DNA from: Eledone cirrhosa
Taxonomy: Eukaryota
Reading direction: 5' to 3'
Assembly: GCA_964016885.1 (NCBI GenBank)
Contig: OZ024749.1
Coordinates: forward strand, 30,566,001 to 30,630,000
DNA length: 64,000 nucleotides
The notes under the pieces were generated by a model. It was given only the letters and a program-made list of their open reading frames with translations. It ran no database searches and had not been told where the DNA came from. The position numbers and the translations under genes were made by a program. Of the stretch, positions 1-15,281 are shown in pieces. Numbering within the stretch: the stretch's first letter is position 1; every line of letters begins with the position of its first letter.

Positions 1-531
1 AATGGAGAACCAGTCCAGTACTGGGGTCGATTCTTCCTCTATAGAAAAAATCGTCTGTGTTTAGACCTGGAGAGGGTTGGGCTCCACCGGGTTTAAAATT
101 GCTCTAGACTTGCCGTTTGACGGTGTCTCTACGACTCGACAAGGAGTTAGGCGATCTTTACCCCTTTATCCTATGTACTATACATGCACCATTGATGATT
201 TTAAGTGCACCTGAGGACAGTAGACTGTACACAATAATTTCCATTGTTATTATATCATAGATCAGTGTCAAAATGGTTTGAAGAGATTAGAGGTTATGTC
301 AGAGGTCAGACATTATCAATTGTTAGAAGAGAATTGTTGTTAAACCAGAGGACAGTGAAACAATAGTTAGAAGAGGATGGTGATTATATCAGAGGTCACC
401 AAAACCATGCTCTGAGGTCACCAGTACAAGTTAATGGGGCCATTCATTCAGTCGACCAACTAAAAAAGCAAATATCTGAGAATTCAACAGATAAACGTGA
501 CGTATTTCTCAGGGATAGTCAGAGTGGCAGC

Positions 532-568
<37 letters not shown>

Positions 569-811
569 TATATAAAAGTACACACACACATTTATGTATA
601 TGCGTATTTACAAACACACAGAGACACAGGCAAAAGCATATCTACCTATATATATATCGATATATCGATATATCTGTACATGTATATAACGAAGCAAGTG
701 TGGTAAGGAACCAGGTGGAGCATAACGCACGAGAGTACTCAATACTTAGAGTAGTAGAGGGGGTAATAGGAACAGCTTGAGCTCTGCCGTCGAGGTCTTG
801 AATATTTTCCA

Positions 812-851
<40 letters not shown>

Positions 852-1153
852 TATCAAAGTTCTTTCGTTGCACATCTGCAACATCGTCAGTGGTGCTATT
901 GTTTCCTCCCGCTGCATTGTATGTCTACGCCATCTTTATATATATATATAAGTATATATATATATATTGGTAAAAGGAAAAGAAAATGCTGACAAATTGT
1001 TTCCAGTGAAAAATAGTTTAATTAGGAATAAGTAAAAATTAGTAATAGTATTGGTTAGTATTCAGTTTTTGTCTTAAGTTTTTACCGGTTGCTCTTTTCT
1101 AATGCTTTTCAAAAATAATTTTGAGATGGAGCGCCCGTGATGTTTGCTCTAAT

Positions 1154-1192
<39 letters not shown>

Positions 1193-1613
1193 TATTAATA
1201 ATGAGTTCAAAACTCAGGCAGTCCTTTACAATGAAATAGCTCAAAGAAAGAAGTATTTCTGAGCCGTGTAATACAAGTTAATATAAATTAATATATTTGT
1301 TAAACACAAATACCAACATATCCGTGTTTGTATTGTAAACGACTAGCTAACTTAGTCGTTTACAATACAAACACGGATATGTTGGTATTTGTGTTTATCA
1401 AATATATTAATTTATATTAACTTGTATATATATATATATATATATATAAAAGAATAACATTAAGAAAGATGCTGATTTTACACAAATAAATATATATATA
1501 ACAAGTTGACGAGACTAGCATGGGTTTAACTGCTAGTAGTGGTTGCATCTCAGTATACTCAATAGGTAATGTTAAGTAAACTCCCAGAGTAGACACATAT
1601 ACACAGACACATA

Positions 1614-1662
<49 letters not shown>

Positions 1663-2295
1663 ATTAGTAAATGTTTGTATTTGAGTGTGAGTGTGTGGGA
1701 GTATCTGTGTAGATGTTTTTTATGTATTTTGTAGTAGTAATTGTTTATACTTGTGTACACACATACAAGAAATTACTGGTACTTTATTTTGTCGACCCCG
1801 TAATGGATGAAAGGCAAACTTAACCTCGGCGGGATTTGACCTGAGAACGTAAAGGGCCATAACTCTATGTCACGAAGCAGGGTGTCCAAAGCTATACCGA
1901 CTAAGTTGAGTCCGTTTTGATTTCACTTCGCAGGCATGTAAGCGTGTTTGACGTATGTTTCTAAATTTCTACACAGCTATGCAAGATTATAAAAAGCGAG
2001 CTAAGCGCGAATGGCACATACCTAGGGTTACTTCCCTTATATCTATCAGATGTCCAATGTATTTAAATCCCTGGGTTTACAGAGACGCATACAACGACCT
2101 ACCACCATCCACATGTGCACAGAGCACTATGTATGTATAGACACGCGAATGCATATATATATATATATAAATAAATATATATATTTTTTTTAAAAATAAG
2201 ACTCCAGTTGCATTTTCGATTTTATCTCTTTTTCTTTATACTTTCACTCGTGTAGGACACCTTGGTTATTTTTCATTTTGTAAAAAAAACCTCAC

Positions 2296-2345
<50 letters not shown>

Positions 2346-2504
2346 ATACTTTGGGAGGGTCATGTTGCCAATAAGAAACACACGCACCAGTTGCTTTCAC
2401 TTCAATTTAATTTATTAAATATTTATAAGTTTACAAATTTATAAATTTATAAATTTCTGGTTGGTTGGTTGGTTCCACAACCAGATAGTTGTTTATATAT
2501 ATAT

Positions 2505-2549
2505 AGTCATAGTTCTTTCGTCACACACTCTGTGACCTCTTCAGTGACT
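2505..2549 (-). ncRNA. Type I hammerhead ribozyme
   Basis: AGTCA-CTGAAGA-G-GTCACA/TGTGAC-GAAA-GAAC-TA-TGACT; relatives with a covarying stem II (GTTGCA/TGCAAC) at ~855-892 and ~39027-39063. Confidence 0.75.
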
Positions 2550-2618
2550 GGGGATTTCTTTCTTCGTTTCTGTGCCTTTCCTTTCTTCTATCCTACGCCA
2601 TTTTCAAATTCAGAAACG

Positions 2619-2654
<36 letters not shown>

Positions 2655-2779
2655 CAGGGGAGTGCGTCAACCGCTCTCCCTTCTTTCGCCAAAAATAGGT
2701 AAGTGACATAGTCACTGCTTTAAAACTGATAGCGTATGGTCTTCTAAATGTTTTTAATTAAACATACCGCATATTCACA

Positions 2780-3275
<496 letters not shown>

Positions 3276-3437
3276 TTTGTTAATTACCACTAAAAGGGGT
3301 CTGGCAAGCCATGGATTACAGAGTCGGGCTAGATCGATACAGATCGAACCTTTAGGTGGCGAAACGCGCGTCACGAACCAATAAACGTAATGATGGAGTA
3401 ACCACACGACCTTGCTTTATTTTATGATATATATATA

Positions 3438-4090
3438 CATGGTGGTGGCTGCCAACTCGTTTTCGAGTACGGCCACTACTTTATATCCATGTAGGAGAAC
3501 CCCTACCGATGCGCTGAACGAGTGTGACTTTTTAGTCCAGCCAGAGACTTGAAAACTCTAGTACAAACACTACACTTGTGACAATTATTGACACATAGTG
3601 CTGGGCCCAGGGTACCATGTAACGACAAGTGCAGAGAGATCTCCAGATATAAAGCAATGCCTGTGCCGTGAAGCTTTTATAGTGAGCAAAGGCACTGCAC
3701 AAAGCCAGTCCCACTCTCTTAACCAAGATGATATTTACCAAAAAGAAGAACAAGTCAACATCATTGGATACCATCAGGGTTGCAGGTGTTATATCAGAGT
3801 TTTCCTTCTCCTAGAATTATGCCTTGACAAAGGCTAAGGGGTCATCTCTCCCTGTGATTTTGGATGGCCATTGACTCTTAAGAGCTCCTTTGCCCTTTGA
3901 CAGGTTTTGTTTTTAGTCCTGCAGGATGTCCACAGTCACCCTCCTCACCAAGAAACCTTGGTGGGGTTGCCAGTTTAGTCGCCAACGACCCGACCATGAG
4001 ACAGGTTGTACTGGGATACATGTTACCAGTAGCACCAACTGGTGACCTGACACATACATACATACATACATACATACATACATACATACA
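3438..4090 (+). mobile_element. Non-coding retroposon with (CATA)n tail
   Basis: High-similarity copy at 35050-35447(-) flanked by (TATG)n; 3' pieces at ~62400-62495(-) and ~63030-63190(-). Confidence 0.7.
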
Positions 4091-4091
4091 T

Positions 4092-4210
<119 letters not shown>

Positions 4211-4248
4211 TGTATATATCTGTCTCTATTATAGATTGTACTCACACA

Positions 4249-4345
<97 letters not shown>

Positions 4346-4476
4346 CATTCACATATGCACAGAATATTATATATGTACACACGATATATATGTAACATTT
4401 TCTTATGTACATTTACAGTTATATATTTATACAGCTATATAAATATTTATGTTTATACACATACACATACAAACAC

Positions 4477-4552
<76 letters not shown>

Positions 4553-4652
4553 TAGAAGGGGTAATTAATTTGTTGGAAGTCCAACAAATATAAATGTTTA
4601 TAACTGATTTAGACCACTCAACAGTTTACTGGAGTAAATATTCAATTGGATT

Positions 4653-4828
4653 GGCAGTATCGGTAGAGGGTCGGACGCCATGCTTTCCAGTATAGTTACG
4701 TCCCTTTACGATCTGAGTTCAAATCCCGCCGAGGTTGACTTTGCCTCTCATCCTTACGGGGTCGATAAAATAAAGTACCAGTAATGAACTGGGTAATTGC
4801 TGGCCTTCTGCCTAAAGTAGACACAGAT
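4653..4828 (+). mobile_element. tRNA-derived CORE-SINE (octopus OR-like)
   Basis: B-box GAGTTCAAATCCC followed by CORE-like GACTTTGCCTCTCATCCTTACGGGGTCGATAAAATAAAGTACCAG; copies at 1772-1902(-), 33222-33420(+), 58340-58486(-), 58510-58722(-), 60571-60727(-). Confidence 0.85.
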
Positions 4829-5066
4829 ATTAAATAAATGGAAACTATATTTATAAAACCATATTTATTTTATTATATATATATTTCAAAGGTACCAAGA
4901 CACATTGATACGCTTTCATCAGATAAAATACAAAATTTGTTTTATAAATAGAGACATACCCATGAAAATCATACCTTATCGGTTGGAAATTTGACTGTCC
5001 AGTGAATTTCCAACCGATAAGGTATGATTTTCATGGGTACATCTCTATTTATAAAACAAACTTTGT

Positions 5067-5127
5067 ATTTTATCTGATGAAAGCGTATCAATGTGTCTTG
5101 GTACACTTGAAATATATATAATAAAAT
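5067..5127 (+). ncRNA. Type I minimal hammerhead ribozyme (family B pLTR)
   Basis: ATTTTAT-CTGATGA-stem II-GAAA-TATATA-TA-ATAAAAT; related copies at 38617, 42120, 60435, 63780 and on the minus strand at ~4867-4930, ~5262-5324, ~41982-42043. Confidence 0.8.
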
Positions 5128-5167
5128 AAATATGGTTTTATAAATATAGTTTCCATTTATTTAATAT

Positions 5168-5221
<54 letters not shown>

Positions 5222-5550
5222 GATATTGACAAATGGAAACTATATTTATAAAACCATATTAATTTCATTATACATATTTCCAGGACACCAAGTTAAATTA
5301 TGGTGTGCTTTCATCAGATAAAATATAATATAGAGCAGTTTTAGAAATAAATATTGACATACCCTTAAAGAATGCAACCATTGCTGTTGGAAGCTCCCGT
5401 ATAAGTGGTTACACAACAGTTAGTTCATCACACTGAGAACAATTATTTCACCTTAGCGGATCCTCAGCTCGTAATGGACATGGTTATACAATAGTTAGTT
5501 CACCATTCGGAGAACAATTGTTTCACCTTAGCGGTTATAACCATGTCCAT

Positions 5551-5593
5551 TACCAGCTGAGGATCCGCTAAGGTGAAACAATTGTTCTCGGTA
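5551..5593 (+). ncRNA. Type I hammerhead (family F) with palindromic stem III
   Basis: CTGAGGA-TCCGCTAAGGT-GAAA-CAATTG-TT-CTCGG; the copy at 29510-29549 (-) has a CCGAG/CTCGG stem I and CTGAAGA core. Confidence 0.7.
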
Positions 5594-5881
5594 TGGTGAA
5601 CTAACTGTTGTGTAACCACTTCTACCTAACTCGTCCCATGGACTGAGTGCTCTACCACTACGGATATTACCTTCCAGTGTTCTACCACTATATATATATA
5701 TATATATATAAATATATATATCCAAAATTAAGATAAATCAAAATGAATTTAATCTAAATCAAAATTATGGGTGTCATGCCAGAAAGGCATGCGCCATATC
5801 ACCCGCAAAATAAGCTCTAAGATTCTAATGAATCTCCTGTGATTATTCATGTTTATTTATATGTTAATCAATTTCTAGTTG

Positions 5882-5929
<48 letters not shown>

Positions 5930-6255
5930 CAAAGGAATTGTGGTAAGGAACCATATGGACCATAACGCACCAGAGTACTCAATACTTAGGGTAGTAGAGT
6001 GGGAAATAGGAAAAAGTATGACCCCGACGGCAGAGCGTCATACGTTTCGACCGCTATTTCTGGACTAGAAATAGCCGTCGAAACGGCTTGAGCTCTGCCG
6101 TCGGGGTTATACTTTTTCCTATATATATATATTATATATAAAAGAACGATCGACTTTCGTTAACTCTATCCAGTTGGTCTTTCCAATTGCTAATACTATG
6201 TATCGGTCGCAACTCCAGGTAGAAGGAGCAACGTGAAATAAAATGTCTTGCTCAA

Positions 6256-6338
<83 letters not shown>

Positions 6339-6580
6339 TAAAATAACAGATCGTCTTCCTGTCTTCCTCCGGTTGCAACGTTTTTTGAAATATCCAGTTT
6401 TGCGTTTACACATTGACTTTGTTAGTTTCAGAAGATCCCGTTAAGGGTGAAAGCAGCGATTCTTTGCTTAAACTTTAATCTGTTATTTTAATAAATATTT
6501 GCTCTTCGGTTCTTATATATTTGATATATATTTTCCTTATCGAGCCCTCTTTGGATTTTAGTCTTCAATTTTATTATTAT

Positions 6581-6644
<64 letters not shown>

Positions 6645-6814
6645 GTGTGTTGTTTGTGTGTTGTTTGTGTGTGTGTGTGTATATGTATAAACAGAATTAT
6701 TTATATAGCTGTATAAATATATAACTATAAATGTACATAAGAAAATGTTACATATATATCGAGTGTGTACATATACAATATCCTTCGCATATGTGGATGA
6801 AATATATATATATA

Positions 6815-6913
<99 letters not shown>

Positions 6914-7442
6914 TTGTGTGTTTGTGTATATATGTAAGTATATTTGTGTGTATATATATATATTTATATATATATGATTGTATGTGTGTGTGTGTATATA
7001 TATGAGTACAATCTATAAAAGGGTGAGATTTTGAGGTGAGTCACAGATGGGATTGATTATCCCATCTGTGACTATGTATGCACTGTGGTGAAAAGAGTCT
7101 TAATTTACATTATTTACATTTCTATGATACAATTTTTATTCCACAATATATGATACAATGTATAACCATAGTCACTCAGTCAATATTGAGTTCTCCTCAA
7201 AATTTGTGTGGGTGGATATTATGGTGGTAATGGTAGTGCTGTAGTTGGCGGTGGTTTTTATGGCCTTCGATTTTTGTTATGGTTTGTGTGGAATTGTGGG
7301 CGATGTATTGTGAGATGATATACCCGGTGATAGTTTTAAACTGCACCGGGACCGTAGGGCGGCTAATGCGTGGGCTCCCATTTGCGAGAGATGTAGAGAG
7401 CTGAGACCATATCCACTGGCTCATGTATAGATTGTGGAGGAA

Positions 7443-7700
7443 CTTGGCTCAGTGGTAAGAATGTTTGACCTACGATCATAACCTTGTGGGTTCGATTCCT
7501 GAGTGTTTGTTGCGTTCTTGAACAAAACACTTCATTTCACGTAGCTCCAGTATACTCAGCAGAAAATGAGTACCAGCAATAGCTGGGTGTTTAACCCTGC
7601 GATGGACTGGTGTCCTGCTCAGTGGGATTCTTTTATTCTCAGTCGCTTCACGCCATGAAACCGGAACAAGCACCGGCCGGCCAAATGAACCTGCTAGCTT
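7443..7700 (+). mobile_element. tRNA-derived SINE with V-domain-like core
   Basis: A-box TGGCTCAGTGG, B-box GGTTCGATTCC, and AACCCTGCGATGGACTGG motif. Confidence 0.65.
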
Positions 7701-8322
7701 AAGACAGACTTTAGACATATATAGCTTAAGACTACCAACCAAGTAGGCCAGAGAGAGATTTCAACTCAGAACCTAAAGAGCCGAAACAATTCCCACAAAA
7801 TATTTCTTCCGATGCTGTAACAATTCCGTCTGCCTCTCCACGCCACCGACATCTATGTATTAATTTGAACAATGTCAGTATTCCGTGTGTCATAATTCTC
7901 GATTATCATCCGCCCACCTCAACTACGCCAAGCTTAAATTAATATGCATAATGCCAATGAGGGAGTGTTTGGATACACTATGTATATGTGTCAGTGTAGA
8001 GACTTGTGTGTGTGTGTGGAAATCAGAGGGGAAGCAAAGCAATAACTATTAACATGTGTGCGAGTCTATGTACGTGCGCGTATGTTTATGTGTGTGTGCG
8101 TGCGTGCAGCGTTCCACAGAAAGTAAAAACTATCAACATGTGTGAGTGTGTGCGTGTGTGTAAGTTTGCGTGCGTGTGCGCGTTTCCATGCGTGTATGTG
8201 TGTGTACGTCCGGCATCCCACAATCGCCACGCAGTTTATCTGTCTGTGTGCCTGTTGGATAGTCTAACATACACAGAGTTGTGAAGGGAGTAAATAGAGA
8301 CCTTTTTTTACATTGATGGGCA

Positions 8323-8656
8323 TCTTTTATATAAAAGATTGGAACTTCCATCATCCTTTTGAGAAACGTGGAACAACCACGTCTATGCAATGATACACGT
8401 TTTACGGTCAGACAGAAGATGAACCATCTCCTAGATATCACTATTCTAGGTGGGAGCACCTAGAATTGTTCATATACTATGCACAAACGGCACAACGAAG
8501 AATCTGGTATATCTGGAAGATTTTTTTTACTGTTTTTTGTATCAAACAGACACCACGGACTCGCCTCATACTGTAACTAGACAAACATCCATTTTCTCTT
8601 TTACCTGTCTTCTCTTATCATCTGTTTACCCGGGCGAAGCTGGGTACGTCAGCTAG
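8323..8656 (+). mobile_element. Non-autonomous Helitron
   Basis: Starts A|TCTTTTATATAAAAGA; ends with hairpin TACCCGG..CTGGGTA then CTAG|T; AT insertion site. Confidence 0.7.
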
Positions 8657-8924
8657 TAAGCATGTAATTATTTCATGAATGCCAAAATGTAGAAATACGA
8701 AGTCGACTTAGGCATCATTTGAACTCATGCCTCGAAGAATCAAAGCAAATACCGCAAGGCATTTTGAGAAAGTAGTCGTGCTACTTGAAGCAATATAATT
8801 GATATTATAGGGTACTGAAAGATTTATAAACATTTATATAAAACTTCCAAATTTTGTTATATATGTAATGTATTTAAACCTACATAATCCGAATAGGTTT
8901 TCCTTTTTGGTAAAGAATGATACA

Positions 8925-9233
8925 CAGGGTCGGATTTAATGGGGAGGAAACAAAGGGGGCAATTTACCTGGATCCCTTGCAGTGGTTGAGGGCACCAGTG
9001 ACGGCCGTACCGGTTTATTTGTGTCCTGTGTTGGGCTTTATTTTGTTTTAGGATAATTAGATGTCTTGAATTTAATACCTGTTTTCATAACCTTTCAATC
9101 CAATTACGTGCGCCAAGCTGAGTCGGGGTTTGCTGTGCATTCTACTTTTGAGAGGGGCCAACAAAACTGAAGTGCCTGGGGTCCCTCAAATCTGAAATGC
9201 CACCGGCTCCCTGAAGGTCTAAATCTAGCCATG
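8925..9233. mobile_element. hAT-type MITE
   Basis: TIRs CAGGGTCGGATTTA / TAAATCTAGCCATG; degenerate 8-bp TSD atgataca/ataatact. Confidence 0.55.
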
Positions 9234-9541
9234 ATAATACTTCGATATTTGCAAATGGGTCATGTAGCGGATACAGTTCGATGATTTTCACAGCAATACG
9301 TTCGCCATCTTGAGCATGTGAGGCAGGTGATTTATGCTATCCATCCGAGAGTGAAGAAAAGCAACGGAGAATATATTTCTATGGTATAAGGCTGCAGGTT
9401 CCCTACACCTGGCATACAGTTTACGCAGCTACCCTTTATTTATCTTTATTTTAAATTTGTCATGAATTCTAAATGAAAAGAAAGTTACATTGAAAAAGAT
9501 ATATATATATTTTTTCACTATATCATTTCAAGTTCAAAATT

Positions 9542-9607
<66 letters not shown>

Positions 9608-9623
9608 GTGTGTGTGTGTGTGT

Positions 9624-9680
<57 letters not shown>

Positions 9681-9681
9681 C

Positions 9682-9727
<46 letters not shown>

Positions 9728-10502
9728 GAAGATATGTACGGATAAAATTTGTTTGTATAGATCAGTGTACAAACAAAATAAACAAGTAAGATCGCTTACC
9801 ATAGTAATTTTCCAAGCATGGTCTTTGCATGAGGTACAGTAATAGTCCAAAAACAGAGATCAAAGTGCTGTATCCAAGTGGAAGATCACGGAGTAATAAT
9901 ATATTTAAATGTATTGGAAAAAACAAACGACCAGTCTTAAAGTATAGATTAGAAGTGAAGAATTTAATCAAAGTTACTTCTTTAACTCATGTTTCATTAC
10001 AGATTCAGTAGGAAAGAACGTTACCGTAATAGTTTCCAGCGGAACCTCCTATCTACTATGAATCGACTAAAAAAGTAAAAGGCATACTCATCCGGGCAAA
10101 TAAAACTGGCAATATATACTTTCTGTAAGAATTTTATATTTAAAGAATTACATAAGAAATACCGGGTCTTCGCAACAAGAGATATGAACAGACCTTTTCA
10201 ACACTTAATTTTTAATTCGTGTTAATTATAATATTCAACACTTGATAAGTTGTTTTACACTGATACATCAAATCCGGTTATATTTTTTATATTTTATGTA
10301 CCAAATAAAGGTCCCTTTTTTTAAAAAGAATTGTCCCTCTCACATTTTCAATAATGTCACTTTGACAAAAAAAAGAGAAAAAAAGAAAAAAAAAGAAAGA
10401 ACATATCCCCAAATCTATTTTTCGTGCTATTTCCAATTCCTCTCTCTCTCACCCCCTCTCTCTCACTCTCTCTCTCTCTCACTCTCTCTCTCTCTCTCTC
10501 TG

Positions 10503-12016
10503 TAAACGCAGAAGTGGATATTTCAAAAAATACTGATCTTATCGGCCTTTTCCTTCTTTTCTCTATCAAGGACGAATTCCCCAACGCGGGCGGTGGCTTG
10601 TACCGTGACGATGGTCTTTTGACCATGACTATGTGCGGACCTCGTGCTTGCGACAGGTTCAGAAAAGAACTCACAGCCTTCTTTAAAGGCTTCAACCTCT
10701 CTATACAGGTTGAGGCCAATCTCTCGGTCGTTAATTACCTCGACGTTACCCTCAATTTATTGAATGGGTTGTATTACCCGTATAGAAAGCCGAATGATAC
10801 GCTTAATTACATAAGTAAGCATTCCAACCATCCTGCCAGCATAACCAAGAACCTGGTAAGAAACGTTTCGTTGAGGCTTTCCCGTCTTTCCACTAACGAG
10901 CGTATTTTCAACGACCATTCCACTTATTACAATGAAGCTCTTGCTCGAAGTGGATTTGTCGATAAGGTAGCATATACAGAGTACGAAAAAGACCTAGAAG
11001 TAATAGATCCCGTCGGATTTGTTGGTATAACCCACCATATAATATGGAGGTGGCCACACCATTAGCTAAGTTCTTTCTTTCCCTTATTACGAAGCATTTC
11101 CCCCTACACATAAATATAGTAACATTTTTAATAGAAATACTATTAAAATTTCTTACTCTACGACTTCTAACCTTGCACTTAACATCACAGCTTCAAATTT
11201 AGCTAAACTACCTAGCCGTAGGAACACGTGCAACCCTGTAGTTAGTACTAACTGTAATTGTAGGAATCGGGTTGATTGCTCCCTATCCGGGAAATGCCTC
11301 TCTAGTAACATTGTCTACAAATGTAGGTTGTAACACCCACGTCCCGTAGGGCCTACATAGGGTTAACCGCCAATAGATTCAAGCAGCGTCTTTACATGCA
11401 TACCCATTCTTTTCGTTACTCTCTTAGAAGGAATATGACGTCACTTTCAGCTTATATCTGGAGTCTAAAAGACAACCACACCCAATATAAGTTACACTGG
11501 GAGATCCTAGCTAGGGCTAGATCGTATAACGGAAATAAAAGACCATGTGACCTCTGAGCCGCTGAGGCCCTGGAAATACTCTACGCCACAGACCACATCT
11601 TAAACAAAAAATCTGAGGCAATTTCGGCTTGTAAACATGAATTGTACAACACTTTCCTGTATACCGTAACGGATAGTACGATCTATACGTGGATATTTTA
11701 CGTCTTGATGTGGGAGATAAGTATATGTCTTGTTTATACCATTACTTATTTGCATAGCGAACGTTTCCACGAACCAAAGTATCGTCTTCCTGTCTTCTTC
11801 CGGTTGCAACGTTTTTTGAAATATCCACTTCTGCGTTTACAGATTGACTTTGTTAGTTTCAGAAGATCCCGTTAAGGGTGAAAGCAGCGATTTTTGCTTA
11901 AACTTTAATCTGTTATTTTAATAAATATTTGCTCTACGGTTCTTATATATTTGATATATATTTATCCTTATCGAGCCCTCTTTGGATTTTAGTCTTCCAA
12001 TTTATTATTATTACTA
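10503..12016 (+). mobile_element. Degenerate 5'-truncated PLE (YRDD type, family E) with 3' pLTR
   Basis: LYRDDGL, YRKPND, CNCRNRVDC, AYIGLT across frameshifts; 3' region repeated at 6350-6583, 12105-12310, 22045-22130 and 56365-56460. Confidence 0.9.
11856..11903 (+). ncRNA. Hammerhead variant (CAGAAGA core, family E)
   Basis: GTTT-CAGAAGA-TCCC gttaa GGGT-GAAA-GCA..TGC-TT-AAAC; same core at 6425-6473 and 22062-22110. Confidence 0.6.
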
Positions 12017-12310
12017 TATATATATATATAGGAACGAGTAGGACCCCGACGGCTGAGCTCACCCGTTTCGACGGCTAATTCTGGACTAAAATATATATAT
12101 ATATATTTATTAAAATAACAGATTAAAGTTTAAGCAAAGAATCGATTTTAGTCTCCTAATTTATTATTATTACTATATATATATATATATATATGTGTAT
12201 ATATGTTATTTAAATAAATATTTTCTCTACTGTTCTTATATATTTGATATATATTTATCCTTATCGAGCCCTCTTTGGATTTTAGTCTTCAAATTTATTA
12301 TTATTACTAA

Positions 12311-12353
<43 letters not shown>

Positions 12354-12452
12354 TGTATATATATATATTTAGTAATAATAATAGTAATAATAATAGTAAT
12401 AATAATAAATTTAATCTGTTATTTTAATAAATATAAATATATATATATATAT

Positions 12453-14222
12453 ATGTTTGAATATGTGTAATAAGGCCAAGACAATGCAGGTATGGACATA
12501 GAAAAAAGAATGCAATAGTGAAAGATATTGATGTGAATTCGTCTTTCACCTTGAATTTATTTAAATGTCCTTAATTTTCCAGATAATATCTCTTCTTCGG
12601 AGGGAAGTAAAGGTCTCAAACCAGCGTCTTTAAATCTCTAGCCAAGCCATGCTGACCGGAAATAGTATAGAGTATCTGTTCTAACTCTAATATCAAAGAA
12701 TTAAAATTAGGTGGATAAAGAGTAGTCTCCCTTTAAGAGGGGTTTGTTTAGGGTTTTTTTTTTTTTTTTTTTAAATTTTATATACGTGCCTGTATATGTG
12801 TGTGGGAGAATGCATGAAGGTGTAGGTATGTGGGTGTGTGTGTGTGAGTGTGGGAAGATAGGTCTAATCGTAAAAGTGGGGGGTAGGTGTTATCTGGTGT
12901 TAGAACTGGTTTTGTGTGTGTATGTGTGAGAGAGAATAAGTGGAGGTGTAAGCGTGTGTGTGCGCGTGCGTGTGTGTGGGGTGTGTAAAAATGGGGCTAG
13001 AGGCCCTATCAGGTTATAAATTGAGTGTTGAGCTCTAGTCTATTATTGATTGGTGGATGTGTTCTATCTATAATAAGTGCTTCCTTAATTCTAAGATTGC
13101 CGAGGTTTCTTTCCTTAGTTTCTATCCTAACTGTTATGTTTTTATCGGTGTTTTTGCATTTAACTAGGTGTTTCTTAAATGAGGAAGCGTTAGTATTGAG
13201 GTGTTCTTTTATTCTTATGTGGAGTGGTCTGGTGGTGCTACCTACGTAGAAGTTGTTGCATTTGTCACACTCTAGTCTGTATACTACGTAAGCCTGGTGG
13301 CATAGGTCTGTATCGTTGATGGGGCAGTTGGCTAGTCTGCAGCAGTTGTCATGTCTGGTGGAGTGTCTCTTGGCCAGCCGTCCGCGCAGAGAAGGACCCG
13401 AGTGGGCCAGTTGGATATCCAGTCCCTCTCGTCTGATGGCTCTGCGGATGGCTGTTGTTGTTTCTTCACTGAAGTGTGGGAGCTTCAGGAAGCAAGTGTT
13501 AGTGCCTCGGGTGTGGTGTCCTCTATTCTTTCTGGCACGATTTGTGGTGGATGTCGTGTATCCGTTCAGTTTGAGTACTTCCAGGAAATGTGTGGTGTGT
13601 GCGTCTCGGTCTCTGGCGTCGGTGCATTTGTTCTTGATACGTGCCACTTCGTTCTTTATGTATCCGAACTTGGCACCGAGTGGGAGGGCCGATCTGAAAT
13701 GTACGAACAGGTCCCTGCTGGCGGATTTTTTATAGAAGCAGGTGTGGATGTTGCCTTCCTCTGTTACCCTGAGTTGGAAGTCCAGTAGGGATAGGGATCC
13801 GCGGTCATTGGGGTGTTCCATGCTGAAATTTATACTGGCGTCCATGCTGGCGTCAACACCTGCCATTCCCATGCCTTCTTCACCCGATATGTAGATGACA
13901 TACTCATCCTTACATCATCCCGTGAGGAGGCAGAGAAAATATACACAGTATTCTCTCTATACTATTTCCGGTCAGCATGGCTTGGCTAGAGTTTTAAAGA
14001 CGCTGGTTTGAGACCTTTACTTCCCTCCGAAGAAGAGATATTATCTCGAAAATTAAGGACATTTAAATAAATTCAAGGTGAAAGACGAATTCACATTAAT
14101 ATCTTTCACTATTGCATTCTTTTTTCTATGTCCATACCTGCATTGTCTTGGCCTTATTACACATATTCAAACGTTTATACCTCATTACACAATGCTTCAA
14201 GTGAACTATAACCTCCTCCCTG
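12453..14222 (-). mobile_element. PLE of a second clade (Naiad/Nematis-like) with 5' inversion and inverted pLTR
   Basis: ORF 13009-13850 has LSLLD, FYKK, HFRSALP and VVYRLECDKC..FYVGSTTRPLHIRIKEH; RT motif RYVDD is flipped onto the + strand at 13870-13953; ~12453-12675 and ~13953-14172 are inverted repeats. Confidence 0.88.
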
Positions 14223-14344
14223 ATATATATTTATATCAGGGGTGAATTTTGCGTGCATGCGTCATAGAATCTTGAGTTGATCAATTGCGTCGGTTGAAGC
14301 AAGCAGAATTGTGGCTGCTTACTAAATCGTAGACACATAAAAAG

Positions 14345-14433
<89 letters not shown>

Positions 14434-14904
14434 CAGCGTCGGTTGAAGCAAGCAGAATTTTGGCTGCTTGCTAAATCGTAGACACATAAAAAGATAACAC
14501 ACACACACAAGATAACACTACATGCGGCTTTGACCGGGAGGGTCATTTAGAGGGAATTGCGCTCCACAGCCCAACTTTCCGCCATGGCGATTGGACAGCA
14601 TGCCCCGCTTTCCAGGTCACCCAACGCCACTGATATATATATATATATATATAGGAACCAGTAAGACCCCGACAGCTGAGCTCAAGCCGTTTCGACGGCT
14701 TTAGCCGTCGAAACGGCTTGAGCTCAGCTGTCGGGGTCTTACTGGTTCCTATTACCCACTCTACTACCTCAAGTATTGAGTACTTTGGTGCGTTATGGTC
14801 CACCTGGTTCCTTACCACATTTCCTTCGTTATATATATATATATATATATGAACAAGTTTGTCCTTCATCAGTGGTCTTTCAACCGTCATAGTCATTTCA
14901 TCGC

Positions 14905-14959
<55 letters not shown>

Positions 14960-15209
14960 CATACATATATATATATATTTGAGTTTGTATGTCAACGACC
15001 TTATGTATAAATGCATGTATGGGGATAAAGAAACGACCACGCCTCGATATATGAATTTTTATGGCATTGATCTATGGATCTGATATTTGAGAGACCGTCA
15101 CCACAGTTATACATGTGCACATATACCCATGATATTCATAATGCACATGCATAAAAAAAAATATATATATATATGTATATTTATATTTATATGTATATAT
15201 ACACATATA

Positions 15210-15281
<72 letters not shown>

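Noticed and set aside
3340-3380. GGCGAAACGCGCGTC hammerhead 3' half
   Set aside because: No intact CTGANGA or stem I upstream; treated as a decayed pLTR
11555-11557. TGA at a conserved Cys position (PCDL*AAE), suggesting a selenocysteine-encoding PLE
   Set aside because: The copy has several frameshifts, related PLEs in the window have Cys, a single substitution explains it, and no SECIS was identified
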